64,000 bases of DNA from Oligoflexia bacterium (GTDB lineage Bacteria; Bdellovibrionota; UBA1018), in the NCBI GenBank assembly GCA_963758495.1, contig CAVWVI010000003.1, positions 1,536,001 through 1,600,000 on the forward strand, in the 5' to 3' direction. Position 1 is the stretch's first letter. Every line of letters starts with the position of its first letter. Below the pieces are notes generated by a model, which did not search any database, was not told the origin of the DNA, and saw only the letters and a program-made list of their open reading frames with translations. This document shows, piece by piece, positions 1-9,800 of the stretch. A program made the translations under genes and the position numbers.

Positions 1-42
1 ACCGGGGTCAGAATCGCTGTGACACAACATTAAGTTCGTTCT

Positions 43-420
43 TTATTCTATCGCAGCTGTGATTGAAAAAGGAGCTCCATGCCTAAAGCAGGCGCGTATG
101 ACTTCTTCGTTACAGTATGCAGAATCAGCTCTAAAATGTGGTTCTATTTTAATTTGATGAAATGAATGTTCATTCACGTCGTGATCAATTGGGGTCTTAA
201 ACTCAAAGTGCTTTCTACACTTAGAGATCACTGAAAGTGAAATTCCTATTGCTTCTGAAAATTCTCTTTGGGTCAGTTGACTTACCTCTAAAGCCTGCAA
301 AAGTTCGATTTTAAATTGAGATGAAAATTTTCTTCTAAATTTTTCAGAGTCAGCCAACTCACTTGAATATTTTAATCTAAATTGTGCAATGACATGACTA
401 TTTTTATTTTGGTCCATCAC
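43..420 (-). mobile_element. Probable transposase-associated HTH protein (IS66 TnpA-like or IS3 OrfA-like), possibly the end of an IS that continues off the window
   Basis: RRKFSSQFKIELLQALEVSQLTQREFSEAIGISLSVISK resembles the 'RR.FS.EFK' helix-turn-helix of IS accessory ORFs; 125 aa; a further ATG-initiated frame on the minus strand starts at about 30 and runs off the edge. Confidence 0.45.
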
Positions 421-597
421 CTTTTCTCCTTTTGATAGACCTTCGCACGATAAATTTAATTTAAAAGATGGGGGACAGTAGAGCTTTTAGCGTTTATCAC
501 TAGGATGTTATCGCTTAGTTTTGGCTGCCTGGGAGAAGACACCATTAGTTGTCAGACGAAGATTGCAGTCTGGTCTAAATGGAATTAGAAGTAAGGG

Positions 598-3500
598 ATG
601 AATGAGCGAAAACGAACCAAAAAAGGAGAAATGGGATTCCCAATTGTGGGAATTGGTGCATCCGCCGGTGGCCTAGAAGCCCTCACCGAACTACTCAAGC
701 AAATGCCAGTCCAAACAGGCATGGCTTTTATCATTGTTCAACACCTTCATCCAAAACACGAAAGCCTGGCTCCAGAGATTCTCTCTAGAGTTACACAGAT
801 GCCTGTCCGTGAAGTGAAAGAAGGCACTCGTGTCGAACCCAATCACGTTTACTTAATTCCACCTAACTATCGCATGGAGATCTCAAAAGGAGTGTTACAT
901 CTCCTTCCTCGGATAGAATCCAGCAGCCCCGGCTTACTTATTGACGTTTTCTTTCAATCGCTGGCTTTAGATCAAAAAAACAAAGCCATAGGGGTTGTGC
1001 TTTCAGGTGTCGCATCCGACGGAACGTTGGGTCTCCGGGCAATCAAGTCTGAAGGAGGCCTCACCTGCGTCCAAGAGCCCCTTTCAGCGAAATATGATGG
1101 GATGCCTAAGAGTGCAATTGCATCAGGAAATATTGATCTTATTTTACCCCCTGGAGCACTCGCGCAAGAACTAGCGAGAATTGCTTCGCATCCTTATATA
1201 ATTGGTTCCGAAGTTGAAGCTCAAGCATTCGCCTCTAAAATTCATGATGGCAAGACATCTCATCAGAATGAAAGCCTACGCAAGATTTTTGTGTTGCTAC
1301 GAAACAAGACGCGAGTTGACTTCGAAAATTACAAGCATACCACGATTAATCGACGTATTGAGCGTCGAATTGCTGTGAACAAGATGGAAAATCTTGCGGC
1401 CTACGTCAAATATCTTCAAGGAAATCCTGATGAAGTGAAGGCGTTATTTGAAGACATTCTCATCAATGTAACTAATTTTTTCCGTGATCCCGAGGCATTT
1501 AAGACGCTGAAAGAGAACGTGTTCCGATCGATTGTAAAAAATAGAAATCAAGAGACACCCATCCGGGTCTGGGTGCCAGGATGCGCGACGGGAGAAGAGG
1601 TCTATTCAATTGCTATCTCCTTGCTCGAGGTATTGGTTGGAGCTGCATCTAGAATTCCGATTCAGATCTTTGCTACAGATATCAGTGAAATGGCTCTTCA
1701 AGCAGCCCGTGCCGGTGTCTATACCGAGGCACAAACGTCCGGTCTTTCCCAAGAGAGGCTAAAACAGTTTTTTATCAGATCAGACGGGGGCTACAAAATC
1801 AACAAAACGATTCGTGATATGTGTGTTTTTTCGAGACACGATGTTACAAGCGATCCCCCTTTTGCCAGATTGGATCTCATTTCCTGCCGCAATCTCCTGA
1901 TTTACTTATCGCCTCTTTTACAAAAACGGGTGATCCCGATTTTTCACTATGCATTAAATCCGAATGGATTTCTTTTTCTTGGCCTCACGGAGAGTGTTGC
2001 TGGATATTCAAAGCTATTCACACTCGTGGATCAGAAAAATAGGATTTATTCTAAGATCAACACTCCAACCCCGATGACCGTCCATTTTCCGCTTAGCGCC
2101 TACGTACCAGAAGCTCAGGACAGTAATGAAAAACCTCACGATACCTTAAAGAGTGAAATTGATCTTCAAAAGGATGCTGATAGGATTGCTCTAGCTGAAT
2201 ATGCACCTCCCGGTGTAGTCATCAATCACAACATGGAAGTTTTGCAATTTCGCGGTCGTACAGGACCTTTTCTGGAGCCTGCACCTGGACAATCGAGTCA
2301 CAATCTATTGAAAATGTTTCGGGCTGAATTGTTGCCCGGCCTTCGCATGTCGGTCCAGTCCGCCAGAAAAACAAATACTGTCAGTCGTGAAGAGGGAATA
2401 CGATTTAAACATGATGGTATAGAAAAGATCTTCAATATAAAAGTAATTCCAATGAATCCCCTTGCACCGCCACTGGCGCGCAACTACTTAGTCCTTTTTG
2501 AAGACGTGTCATCGGTAGGACACTCAGAAGTTCTCAAGTCTGAAGGCATAAAGGCACCCTATGGAAAGAGTCGGAAGAAAACTTCGAGTAAAACAATCAT
2601 CGAAAAACACATTCAACGCAATGCCAAGCTGGAGCGGGAACTTCATGCCAGCCGCGAACATCAGGACTCTCTTACAGCGGAGTATGAAGCTTCTAGAGAA
2701 GAACTGACCTCGACAAATGAAGAACTACAAAGCACCAATGAGGAGTTGCAAAGTACAAACGAAGAACTGCAAACGGCTCAAGAAGAGCTTCAAGCGAGTA
2801 ATGAAGAACTGTCTACAGTCAATGACGAACTGCACAATAGAAATGCCGATTTAGATCGCCTCAATAATGACTTACTCAATTTATTGGGAAGTATTGAGAT
2901 TCCAATTCTTATGGTTGGGCGAGACAGTCGTATTAGGCGCTTTACTCCACAAGCGGAGCAGGCTTTGAATATCATTCCAACCGATATAGGCAGGCCGTTG
3001 AGTGATATTAGATCGGATCTCACTCTTAGCGCACCGGACATGGAGCGCATGATATCGCAAGCGGTAGAGAGCCTACATACTAACGAAACGGAAGTGCAAG
3101 ATTCTCATGGCCGCTGGTACCGCCTGCAAGTCCGTCCTTACAAAACAACAGACAATAAGATTGATGGTGCCGTGCTTTCCCTTGTAGACATTGATGCTCT
3201 CAAGCGCGCACGTGCTGATGCGGAAACTGCAAATCGTACCAAAGACCTTTTCTTGGCAACACTTTCTCACGAATTACGCACCCCGCTTACAGCAATCCTC
3301 TCATGGGCGCAGCTGTTGCGTATGGGAAAGACTGACCAAGCTAAGGCTAAGCGTGGAATAGAAGTCATTGAGTTAAGTGCTAAAACACAGGGTCAACTCA
3401 TCGACGATCTTTTGGACATTTCACGCATTCAGGCCGGTAAACTTACAATAGACATGCGTATTGTCGATCCCGCCGCTGTCATTCATGGAGCTATTGATTC

Positions 3501-4386
3501 TGTGCAAGTTTTGGCTGAAAGCAAATCAATTCAAATCGAAACGATAATGAGCCAGACAGGAAGAGTGTACGCTGATCCTGCTCGTCTCCAACAAGTAATA
3601 TGGAATTTACTTACGAATTCGATCAAATTTTCTGCCCAAGGAAGTAAGGTCGAGGTCCAATTAAATCAAGTCGAAAAGACGGGTCAGATCTACGCCCAAA
3701 TTACAGTACGTGATAGCGGTAAGGGTATCCGCCCAGAATTTTTGCCTCGTATTTTTGACCGATTTAGCCAGGGTGATAGCTCGTCTACTCGGCAGCACGG
3801 AGGACTCGGCCTTGGGCTCGCAATCACTCATAAATTAATGGAATTGCAAGGGGGCGCCGTTCACGCGGAGAGTCTAGGGGAGGGTAAGGGAGCTAGTTTT
3901 AGAGTAGAGATTCCATTAGCATTAAACGAAAAAGCAATGACTCAGGATTCTGGATTGGAATCTACACGTAAAAGTACCGAAAACATCGAAGAGCAGATCA
4001 GCCTGGATGGACTAAGAGTACTTTTGGTGGATGATGAGGCAAATACCCGTGAGGCTCTTATGAATATGCTCCACTCTTTTGGGGCTGAAGTCAAAGTCGC
4101 TGCATCGGTAGATGAGGCCCTGAAGATATTTACTCAACTTGAACCACATATTCTCGTGAGTGACATCGCAATGCCAGACGAGGATGGATTCAGCTTGATC
4201 CGTAAAATTAGAGCGTTGGGCCAACATGGCCAAATCCCTTTATTGGCACTGACGGCATATGCCTCAGCAGAAGACGTCAAACGTGCATCAGATGCCGGAT
4301 TCCAAGCTCACCTTGCTAAACCGGTCGATGGTACAGAACTAATTCGGGTGATCGCTCGATTAGCTGGACGAAATGGCAATGGCTGA
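598..4386 (+). CDS. CheB methylesterase-CheR methyltransferase-coiled coil-PAS-histidine kinase-receiver hybrid
   Basis: CheB triad motifs GASAGG, VQHL, SDGTLG; CheR motifs INVTNFFRD, RVWVPGCATGEE, ATDIS, ISCRNLLIY; H-box LSHELRTPL, N-box NLLTNSIKF, DSGKGI, GGLGLGL; receiver LVDD...SDIAMP...KP. Confidence 0.95.
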   Translation: MNERKRTKKGEMGFPIVGIGASAGGLEALTELLKQMPVQTGMAFIIVQHLHPKHESLAPEILSRVTQMPVREVKEGTRVEPNHVYLIPPNYRMEISKGVLHLLPRIESSSPGLLIDVFFQSLALDQKNKAIGVVLSGVASDGTLGLRAIKSEGGLTCVQEPLSAKYDGMPKSAIASGNIDLILPPGALAQELARIASHPYIIGSEVEAQAFASKIHDGKTSHQNESLRKIFVLLRNKTRVDFENYKHTTINRRIERRIAVNKMENLAAYVKYLQGNPDEVKALFEDILINVTNFFRDPEAFKTLKENVFRSIVKNRNQETPIRVWVPGCATGEEVYSIAISLLEVLVGAASRIPIQIFATDISEMALQAARAGVYTEAQTSGLSQERLKQFFIRSDGGYKINKTIRDMCVFSRHDVTSDPPFARLDLISCRNLLIYLSPLLQKRVIPIFHYALNPNGFLFLGLTESVAGYSKLFTLVDQKNRIYSKINTPTPMTVHFPLSAYVPEAQDSNEKPHDTLKSEIDLQKDADRIALAEYAPPGVVINHNMEVLQFRGRTGPFLEPAPGQSSHNLLKMFRAELLPGLRMSVQSARKTNTVSREEGIRFKHDGIEKIFNIKVIPMNPLAPPLARNYLVLFEDVSSVGHSEVLKSEGIKAPYGKSRKKTSSKTIIEKHIQRNAKLERELHASREHQDSLTAEYEASREELTSTNEELQSTNEELQSTNEELQTAQEELQASNEELSTVNDELHNRNADLDRLNNDLLNLLGSIEIPILMVGRDSRIRRFTPQAEQALNIIPTDIGRPLSDIRSDLTLSAPDMERMISQAVESLHTNETEVQDSHGRWYRLQVRPYKTTDNKIDGAVLSLVDIDALKRARADAETANRTKDLFLATLSHELRTPLTAILSWAQLLRMGKTDQAKAKRGIEVIELSAKTQGQLIDDLLDISRIQAGKLTIDMRIVDPAAVIHGAIDSVQVLAESKSIQIETIMSQTGRVYADPARLQQVIWNLLTNSIKFSAQGSKVEVQLNQVEKTGQIYAQITVRDSGKGIRPEFLPRIFDRFSQGDSSSTRQHGGLGLGLAITHKLMELQGGAVHAESLGEGKGASFRVEIPLALNEKAMTQDSGLESTRKSTENIEEQISLDGLRVLLVDDEANTREALMNMLHSFGAEVKVAASVDEALKIFTQLEPHILVSDIAMPDEDGFSLIRKIRALGQHGQIPLLALTAYASAEDVKRASDAGFQAHLAKPVDGTELIRVIARLAGRNGNG
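2698..2832 (+). repeat. Degenerate 21-bp (heptad) tandem repeat encoding an (EELQSTN)n coiled coil
   Basis: EELTSTN EELQSTN EELQSTN EELQTAQ EELQASN EELSTVN DEL. Confidence 0.9.
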
Positions 4387-4714
4387 ACATTGACTCATTC
4401 AATCGACCCAAGCTTCTGTCCGCTTGAGATAATAACGATAAACACTCCGCCGCATCCATGACTAGGTTTGGGGAAGGAGGCAGTGGGGATGGAATGAAGG
4501 CGTTGTAACCAGTTACCTACAAAGGGTTTATCAACTTGAAACTAAATTTCAAAAGTTTTTTTTCCGAAGTAGAGAGGAAATTTGCCGCCTATTTGCTGCC
4601 CACCCCAGGTTACAAACAGATCGTTCAGTATCTAGGACTTTCCGTGCTTGCCGAACTATGAACTATTTACCAATAGGCCGGCTGGCATGGTTGTAAACTA
4701 AAAAAGCTGTGCCC

Positions 4715-4742
4715 TTGTCATATTAGCTAGTTGCGTTATAAT
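4715..4742 (+). promoter_or_regulatory. Sigma-70-type promoter of hipBA
   Basis: TTGTCA (4715-4720), 16-nt spacer, TATAAT (4737-4742), immediately upstream of the operator array. Confidence 0.7.
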
Positions 4743-4743
4743 T

Positions 4744-4815
4744 TATCCTTATTAGGGGATAAATTGATTTTATCCCTTTTCAGGGATAAAACTAAATTAT
4801 CCCCTTTCGGGGATA
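4744..4815. promoter_or_regulatory. Three HipB operators (TATCC-N8-GGATA)
   Basis: TATCCttattaggGGATA 4744-4761, TATCCcttttcagGGATA 4771-4788, TATCCcctttcggGGATA 4798-4815; exact match to the E. coli hipBA operator consensus; 27-bp period. Confidence 0.92.
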
Positions 4816-4844
4816 AAAGTATCAATGCGTGCGAGTAAAAAATT

Positions 4845-5126
4845 ATGACAAGATCAAAAAAAGTAAGCCCCTCAAATTTAGAAGTTGTAGTTCGAGGTGT
4901 CGATCAACTTGGCATTGCTTTAATCCGCTTTCGACGCCAAGAAGGTTGGACTCAAGATCAAGCAGGAGAAAGATCAGGTGTAAAGCAGACGGTAATCTCT
5001 TCTGTAGAATCTGGAACGATCGGAACGCGTGTTGGCACTTTATTTAAGATTCTTGCAGCCCTTGATTTGGAAGTGGTAGTTAGAAAGCGTCGTAAGACAA
5101 CCCACTGGCCAGAGAGAAATAGCTAA
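4845..5126 (+). CDS. hipB: HipB-family XRE HTH antitoxin
   Basis: RRQEGWTQDQAGERSGVKQTVISSVESG HTH, TLFKILAALDL; stop overlaps the hipA start (TAATG). Confidence 0.9.
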   Translation: MTRSKKVSPSNLEVVVRGVDQLGIALIRFRRQEGWTQDQAGERSGVKQTVISSVESGTIGTRVGTLFKILAALDLEVVVRKRRKTTHWPERNS

Positions 5127-6424
5127 TGGCGCGGAAGAAAAAGTACAGCCGTCTAAAAGTTCTGAGTAACGGCAATCTTGTTGGCAATCTAACAAGGACT
5201 CAACTGGGCACCTTGGAATTTCAGTATGCTCAAGAATGGCTAGACTCTCCCAACGCTATGCCAATATCATACTCATTACCTCTAAGAGAGTCTCCCTATC
5301 GAGAGTTAAAAGTACAAGCCTACTTTGATAATCTACTTCCTGACAACGATGCTATTAGAACAAAGATCGCAGAAAGATTTGGTGCAGAAGGAAAGAATCC
5401 CTTTGATCTCTTAGCTTCTATTGGGAGGGATTGTGTTGGAGCTCTCCAGTTCGTACCTGAAAACGAAAGTGGAGGAGTTGGTAACGAAATACAAGGAGAG
5501 CCTCTTAAAGACACAGAAATAGCAAACATACTCAAAAACTTAAAAATTTCTCCATTGGGTTTGGATCGCAGTCGTGAGTTCAGAATCTCTCTTGCTGGCG
5601 CACAAGAAAAAACCGCTCTGCTTAAATGGAATGAAAAATGGCATCGGCCTCTCGGTGTAACCGCCACCACACATATTTTTAAACCACAAATTGGCGTGTT
5701 ACCCAACGGGATTGATCTAAGTAGCAGCGTTGAAAACGAATGGCTTTGCTTGAGGATCTGTGAATTTTTTGGATTGCCGGTGGCTCAAACAGAAATTTTA
5801 GATTTTGACGGACTCAGGTGCTTAGTAGTGGAAAGGTTTGATCGGGCGTGGTCGACAGATCGACGACACTTGCATAGAATTCCTCAAGAAGATCTATGCC
5901 AAGCGCTGGGAGCTTCTTGGACGCAGAAGTATCAACAGGAAGGTGGACCAGGAATTGTGCAAGTTATGGATTTTCTAAATTCATCAGATTTACGAGACCA
6001 AGATCGAGCGCAGTTTATGCGTACACAGCTTGTTTTTTTCCTATTGGCAGCGATAGATGGCCACGCAAAGAATTTTAGTATTACTCTACTCCCTACAGGA
6101 TTCAAGTTGACCCCACTCTATGACGTTGTATCTGCGCTGCCAGCCCTTAGTGCTCGTCAAATAGAGTCAAAAGAGGTCGAGCTTGCAATGGCAATAGGAG
6201 ATCATCGGCACTATAAGATCAGGGAAGTAATTCGACGACATTGGGAGCAAACAGCAAAGAAAGTGGGTTTTCCTCTGAGCGAGTTACAAAATATTATTGA
6301 TGATCTTCTGAGAAGAGGAGAGCAAATAGATAGCTTCATATCTGATTTAGGAAAAAAACATTCTATCAAATTTTTCGGCTCTATTATCGAAGGGATTCAA
6401 AATGGACTGAAAAAAATTCAGTAA
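5126..6424 (+). CDS. hipA: HipA-family Ser/Thr kinase toxin
   Basis: PISYSLPL, YFDNLLPD, GRDCVGAL, P-loop SLAGAQEKT, HIFKP, VVERFDR, QEDLCQALG, catalytic DGHAKNFS, PLYDV. Confidence 0.95.
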   Translation: MARKKKYSRLKVLSNGNLVGNLTRTQLGTLEFQYAQEWLDSPNAMPISYSLPLRESPYRELKVQAYFDNLLPDNDAIRTKIAERFGAEGKNPFDLLASIGRDCVGALQFVPENESGGVGNEIQGEPLKDTEIANILKNLKISPLGLDRSREFRISLAGAQEKTALLKWNEKWHRPLGVTATTHIFKPQIGVLPNGIDLSSSVENEWLCLRICEFFGLPVAQTEILDFDGLRCLVVERFDRAWSTDRRHLHRIPQEDLCQALGASWTQKYQQEGGPGIVQVMDFLNSSDLRDQDRAQFMRTQLVFFLLAAIDGHAKNFSITLLPTGFKLTPLYDVVSALPALSARQIESKEVELAMAIGDHRHYKIREVIRRHWEQTAKKVGFPLSELQNIIDDLLRRGEQIDSFISDLGKKHSIKFFGSIIEGIQNGLKKIQ

Positions 6425-6479
6425 ATAGTTTCGATTATTTTCTTTTGGATGGAGGTCTCGTTCTTTGATCGCTTAGGTT

Positions 6480-6635
6480 TTACGCAGCGCTGTTTTTCTT
6501 AATGCTTTGATGATATTCTTTAAGGAGCGCCTCTCCTTTTCTACGTAACTTTTCGGGAGTATCCGGCGCGGATGAAATAGGATCTCTTTTGTCCTGGCTT
6601 CCACTTGCAATGACCTGTTGTCGCTTCCTAGACAT
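6480..6635 (-). CDS. Small basic hypothetical protein (51 aa, MSRKRQQ...KKNSAA)
   Basis: AGGAG ribosome-binding site 6 nt before the ATG at 6635; fills the gap between hipA and the second cheBR gene. Confidence 0.4.
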   Translation of the reverse strand: MSRKRQQVIASGSQDKRDPISSAPDTPEKLRRKGEALLKEYHQSIKKNSAA

Positions 6636-6805
6636 AATGCACTCCTGTTTCGGTTCAACTGCAACATCTATACAAAGGACCATCAAGGGCGGATTATGGA
6701 TTGCTGCTTGTCAATATGAAGGGGAGGATGTACTTTTTTCTCGGCTCTCTCTATGTTGCGTTGCTACAACCAAGTGGCCTCCTTGTTTTGGTTTTGAGAA
6801 ACTCT

Positions 6806-9800
6806 ATGGCTAAATTGAAAAAAAGAAACGTTAATAAATCTACCTCTGCGACGAAAACTCCGAAATCGGAACCACCGTCGAGGAAGCAGTTCCCCATCGT
6901 AGGGGTCGGAGCATCCGCAGGTGGGCTCGAAGCCATAGTTCAACTGCTCACTCACCTTCCGTCCAATACGGGCATGGCACTCGTCGTGGTTCAGCATCTG
7001 GACCCCACTCACAAGAGCCTTTCCACCGAGATTTTATCAAGAAAGACTCGGATGCCCGTGGCGGAAATCAGTGATGGTATGAAGGTAGAACCAAATCATG
7101 TTTACGTCATCCCGCCCAATTGCAATCTTGCGATTATTAATGGCGTCTTGAGCCTGATGCCTCGGACTGAAGCTCGGGGCCAAGCAATGTCCATCGACTT
7201 TTTCTTCGAATCGCTTGCCCAGGAGCAAAAGAGTAAGGCCATCGGAATCATTCTTTCAGGTACGGCCTCTGACGGTACCCAAGGCCTAGAGACCATCAAG
7301 GCGGAAGGGGGGTTGACGATCGCTCAGGACCCGGCATCGGCGAAGTATGACGGGATGCCTCGCAGCGCCATCGCCTCTGGCGCGGTGGATCTGGTTCTGA
7401 CGCCTGGGCAAATCGCAGAAGAGCTAGTCCGGTTTGGGCACCATCCACTCCTGGCTCGTCAGGGGAAAGCAAAAACGCCTTCATTCGAAGGACTTGCCAA
7501 AGTCGAAGGCGACAGTCTGACCAAGATCTTCGCACTACTACGAAACCAATCTCATGTTGATTTCACCCACTACAAGCACACAACTGTCAAAAGGCGTATT
7601 GCTCGCAGAATGGTTCTTCAGAAAAAGAAGAAACTCGAAGATTACGTCAGCTATTTGCAATCGAACCCGCAGGAAGTACGAGATCTCTTTGCTGACATTC
7701 TCATCAACGTAACGGAATTTTTTCGCGATGCAGATATTTTTGCCGCCCTTAAGAATCAGCTTTTACCCGAAATCATCAAGAATAGAGCGGCCGGTTCACC
7801 CATCCGGATCTGGGTCATCGGTTGCGCCACCGGAGAAGAAGCCTATTCTGTAGCGATCGCTTTACTGGAACTTCTTGGAGACACTGCTCAAAAGAGGGCA
7901 ATTCAGATTTTTGCTACGGATATCAGTGAAAAAGCCATCCAAAAAGCTCGGGCGGGTGTATACTCAGAGAGCATTCGGAAGAATGTTTCTGAGGAACGGC
8001 TGAAGCGATTTTTTGTCAAAACTGAGACTGGGTATAAGATCAATAAGTTCATCCGGGAAATGTGCCTTTTCTCACGGCATGATGTAACGAGCGATCCCCC
8101 ATTTGCGAAACTTGATCTTATTTGCTGCCGCAATCTTCTCATCTATTTCGACTCTGCTTTGCAAAAACGAGTGCTCCCGCTCCTCAATTATGCTCTTAAT
8201 CCCGGTGGTTTTCTCTGGCTCGGTGCTTTGGAGTCGGTAGGTGACCTCTCGGTGCTGTTCAAAGTGATCGACAAGGCCAAAAAATTCTACTTGCGCGGCA
8301 CCGCTCCAGTCCTGCCCCGAGTGCAGTTCGGGGCTAGTTCCTATTTGCTCGAAAACCTAGAATCCACAGCATCGAAGTCGTCGCGAAAAACACCGGGATT
8401 GCCAGATTTTCAAAGTAAAACCGAGCAAGTGCTGATCTCTGAGTACGCGCCACCGGGTGTGGTGGTCAACAGTAACATGGAGATCATTTTGGCCAGAGGA
8501 GATACCTCACCTTATTTCAAACTGCCGATGGGACAGGTTAGTCTCAACCTCTTCAAGATGGCGAGGCCAGAGCTTGTCCCAGATCTTCGCATGGTAATAC
8601 AGGCAGCAAAAAAGAAAAATATCCGCGTTAAAAAGGAGGGATTGAGCATTCTCGATGGAGACCGGCAGAGGTTTCTTAATATCAGCGTGATTCCTATTAG
8701 AATAGAGTCCAAGGACAGAGAACGCCACTTTTGGATTCTCTTCGAGCAAGCGTCAGAACTGCTACAGTCCAGCGAATCTCCAGAGTCACCAGAGTCAAAA
8801 GCCACGTACAGACGAGGGAAACGCCCCGTGAGGAAAACCTCTGATGTGAAAGACCGGCGAATTAAGGAATTCGAACGAGAACTGGCCGAGACCAAGGCCT
8901 ATCAGCAAGCACTGGCGGAAGATCACGAAGCCACCCAGGAAGAGATCACATCCGCGAACGAAGAGCTGCAAAGTACCAATGAGGAACTCCAGAGCACGAA
9001 CGAAGAGCTGGAGACAGCCAAAGAAGAGCTTCAGTCCATGAATGAGGAGTTGACCACGGTCAACGACGAATTACAGAATCGCAACATCGATCTCATGCAG
9101 GTCAACAACGATCTTATTAATCTTCTAGGAGCCGTCGATTTCCCTATTATCATGGTAGGAGCCGATGGCCGAATCCGACGTTTCACACCCACGGCGGGAA
9201 AGTTGCTGAACCTGCGTCCAAGCGATGTGGGACGTCCCATTGGAGATATTAGACCCGATTTTGAAGGACCTGATTTGCAAACCCTCGTCTCCGATGTGAT
9301 GGAAACAATCACAGTTAAAGAGCAGGAGGTCTGCAGTCGCGAGGGACAATGGTATCGCCTCCAGGCACGTCCCTACAAGACGATAGATAACAGAATCGAT
9401 GGCGCAGTCATTTCGTTGATCGATATTACTCTTTTAAAGGAGCATCTCACCGAAAGCCAAACCGCGCTGAGATATGCGACAGCTGTCGCAGACACGCTTC
9501 CCCATCCTTTGGGGGTTGTCGATGATCAACTGCATCTACTGGCCGTAAATCCAGGATTAGCCCGCTTATTTGAGATCATGCCGAGTGAGGTCGTCGGATC
9601 AGATCTGATTCGGATTCTGAGCGGCAAAGGCTTGAACATTCCTCGTCTCCGCAAGCTCTTGATTGAGGTGATCTCAGACAATCGGTCAGTGAAAAACTTC
9701 GAAATCGAACACGACTTTGACACTATTGGCCGGCGAATCTTGCTCCTAAACGCCCAGAAAATCAGATGGCAAGACCCCCTCATGCCGAAGGCAATACTTC

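Noticed and set aside
465..497. Possible IS66 terminal inverted repeat (minus strand ATAAACGCTAAAAGC...CCCATCTT)
   Set aside because: It deviates from the GTAAGCG start and the partner end is outside the window.
4387..4714. Intergenic stretch checked for an IS remnant or sRNA
   Set aside because: No recognisable reading frame, repeat or stable structure seen by eye.
4744..4815. Regularly spaced palindromic repeats resembling a mini-CRISPR
   Set aside because: Spacers are only 9 bp, there are no cas genes, and the repeats match the HipB operator exactly.
6701..6805. Hydrophobic 35-aa N-terminal extension on the second CheBR protein
   Set aside because: It depends on a TTG start; the paralog begins with a basic stretch just before CheB, matching the ATG at 6806.
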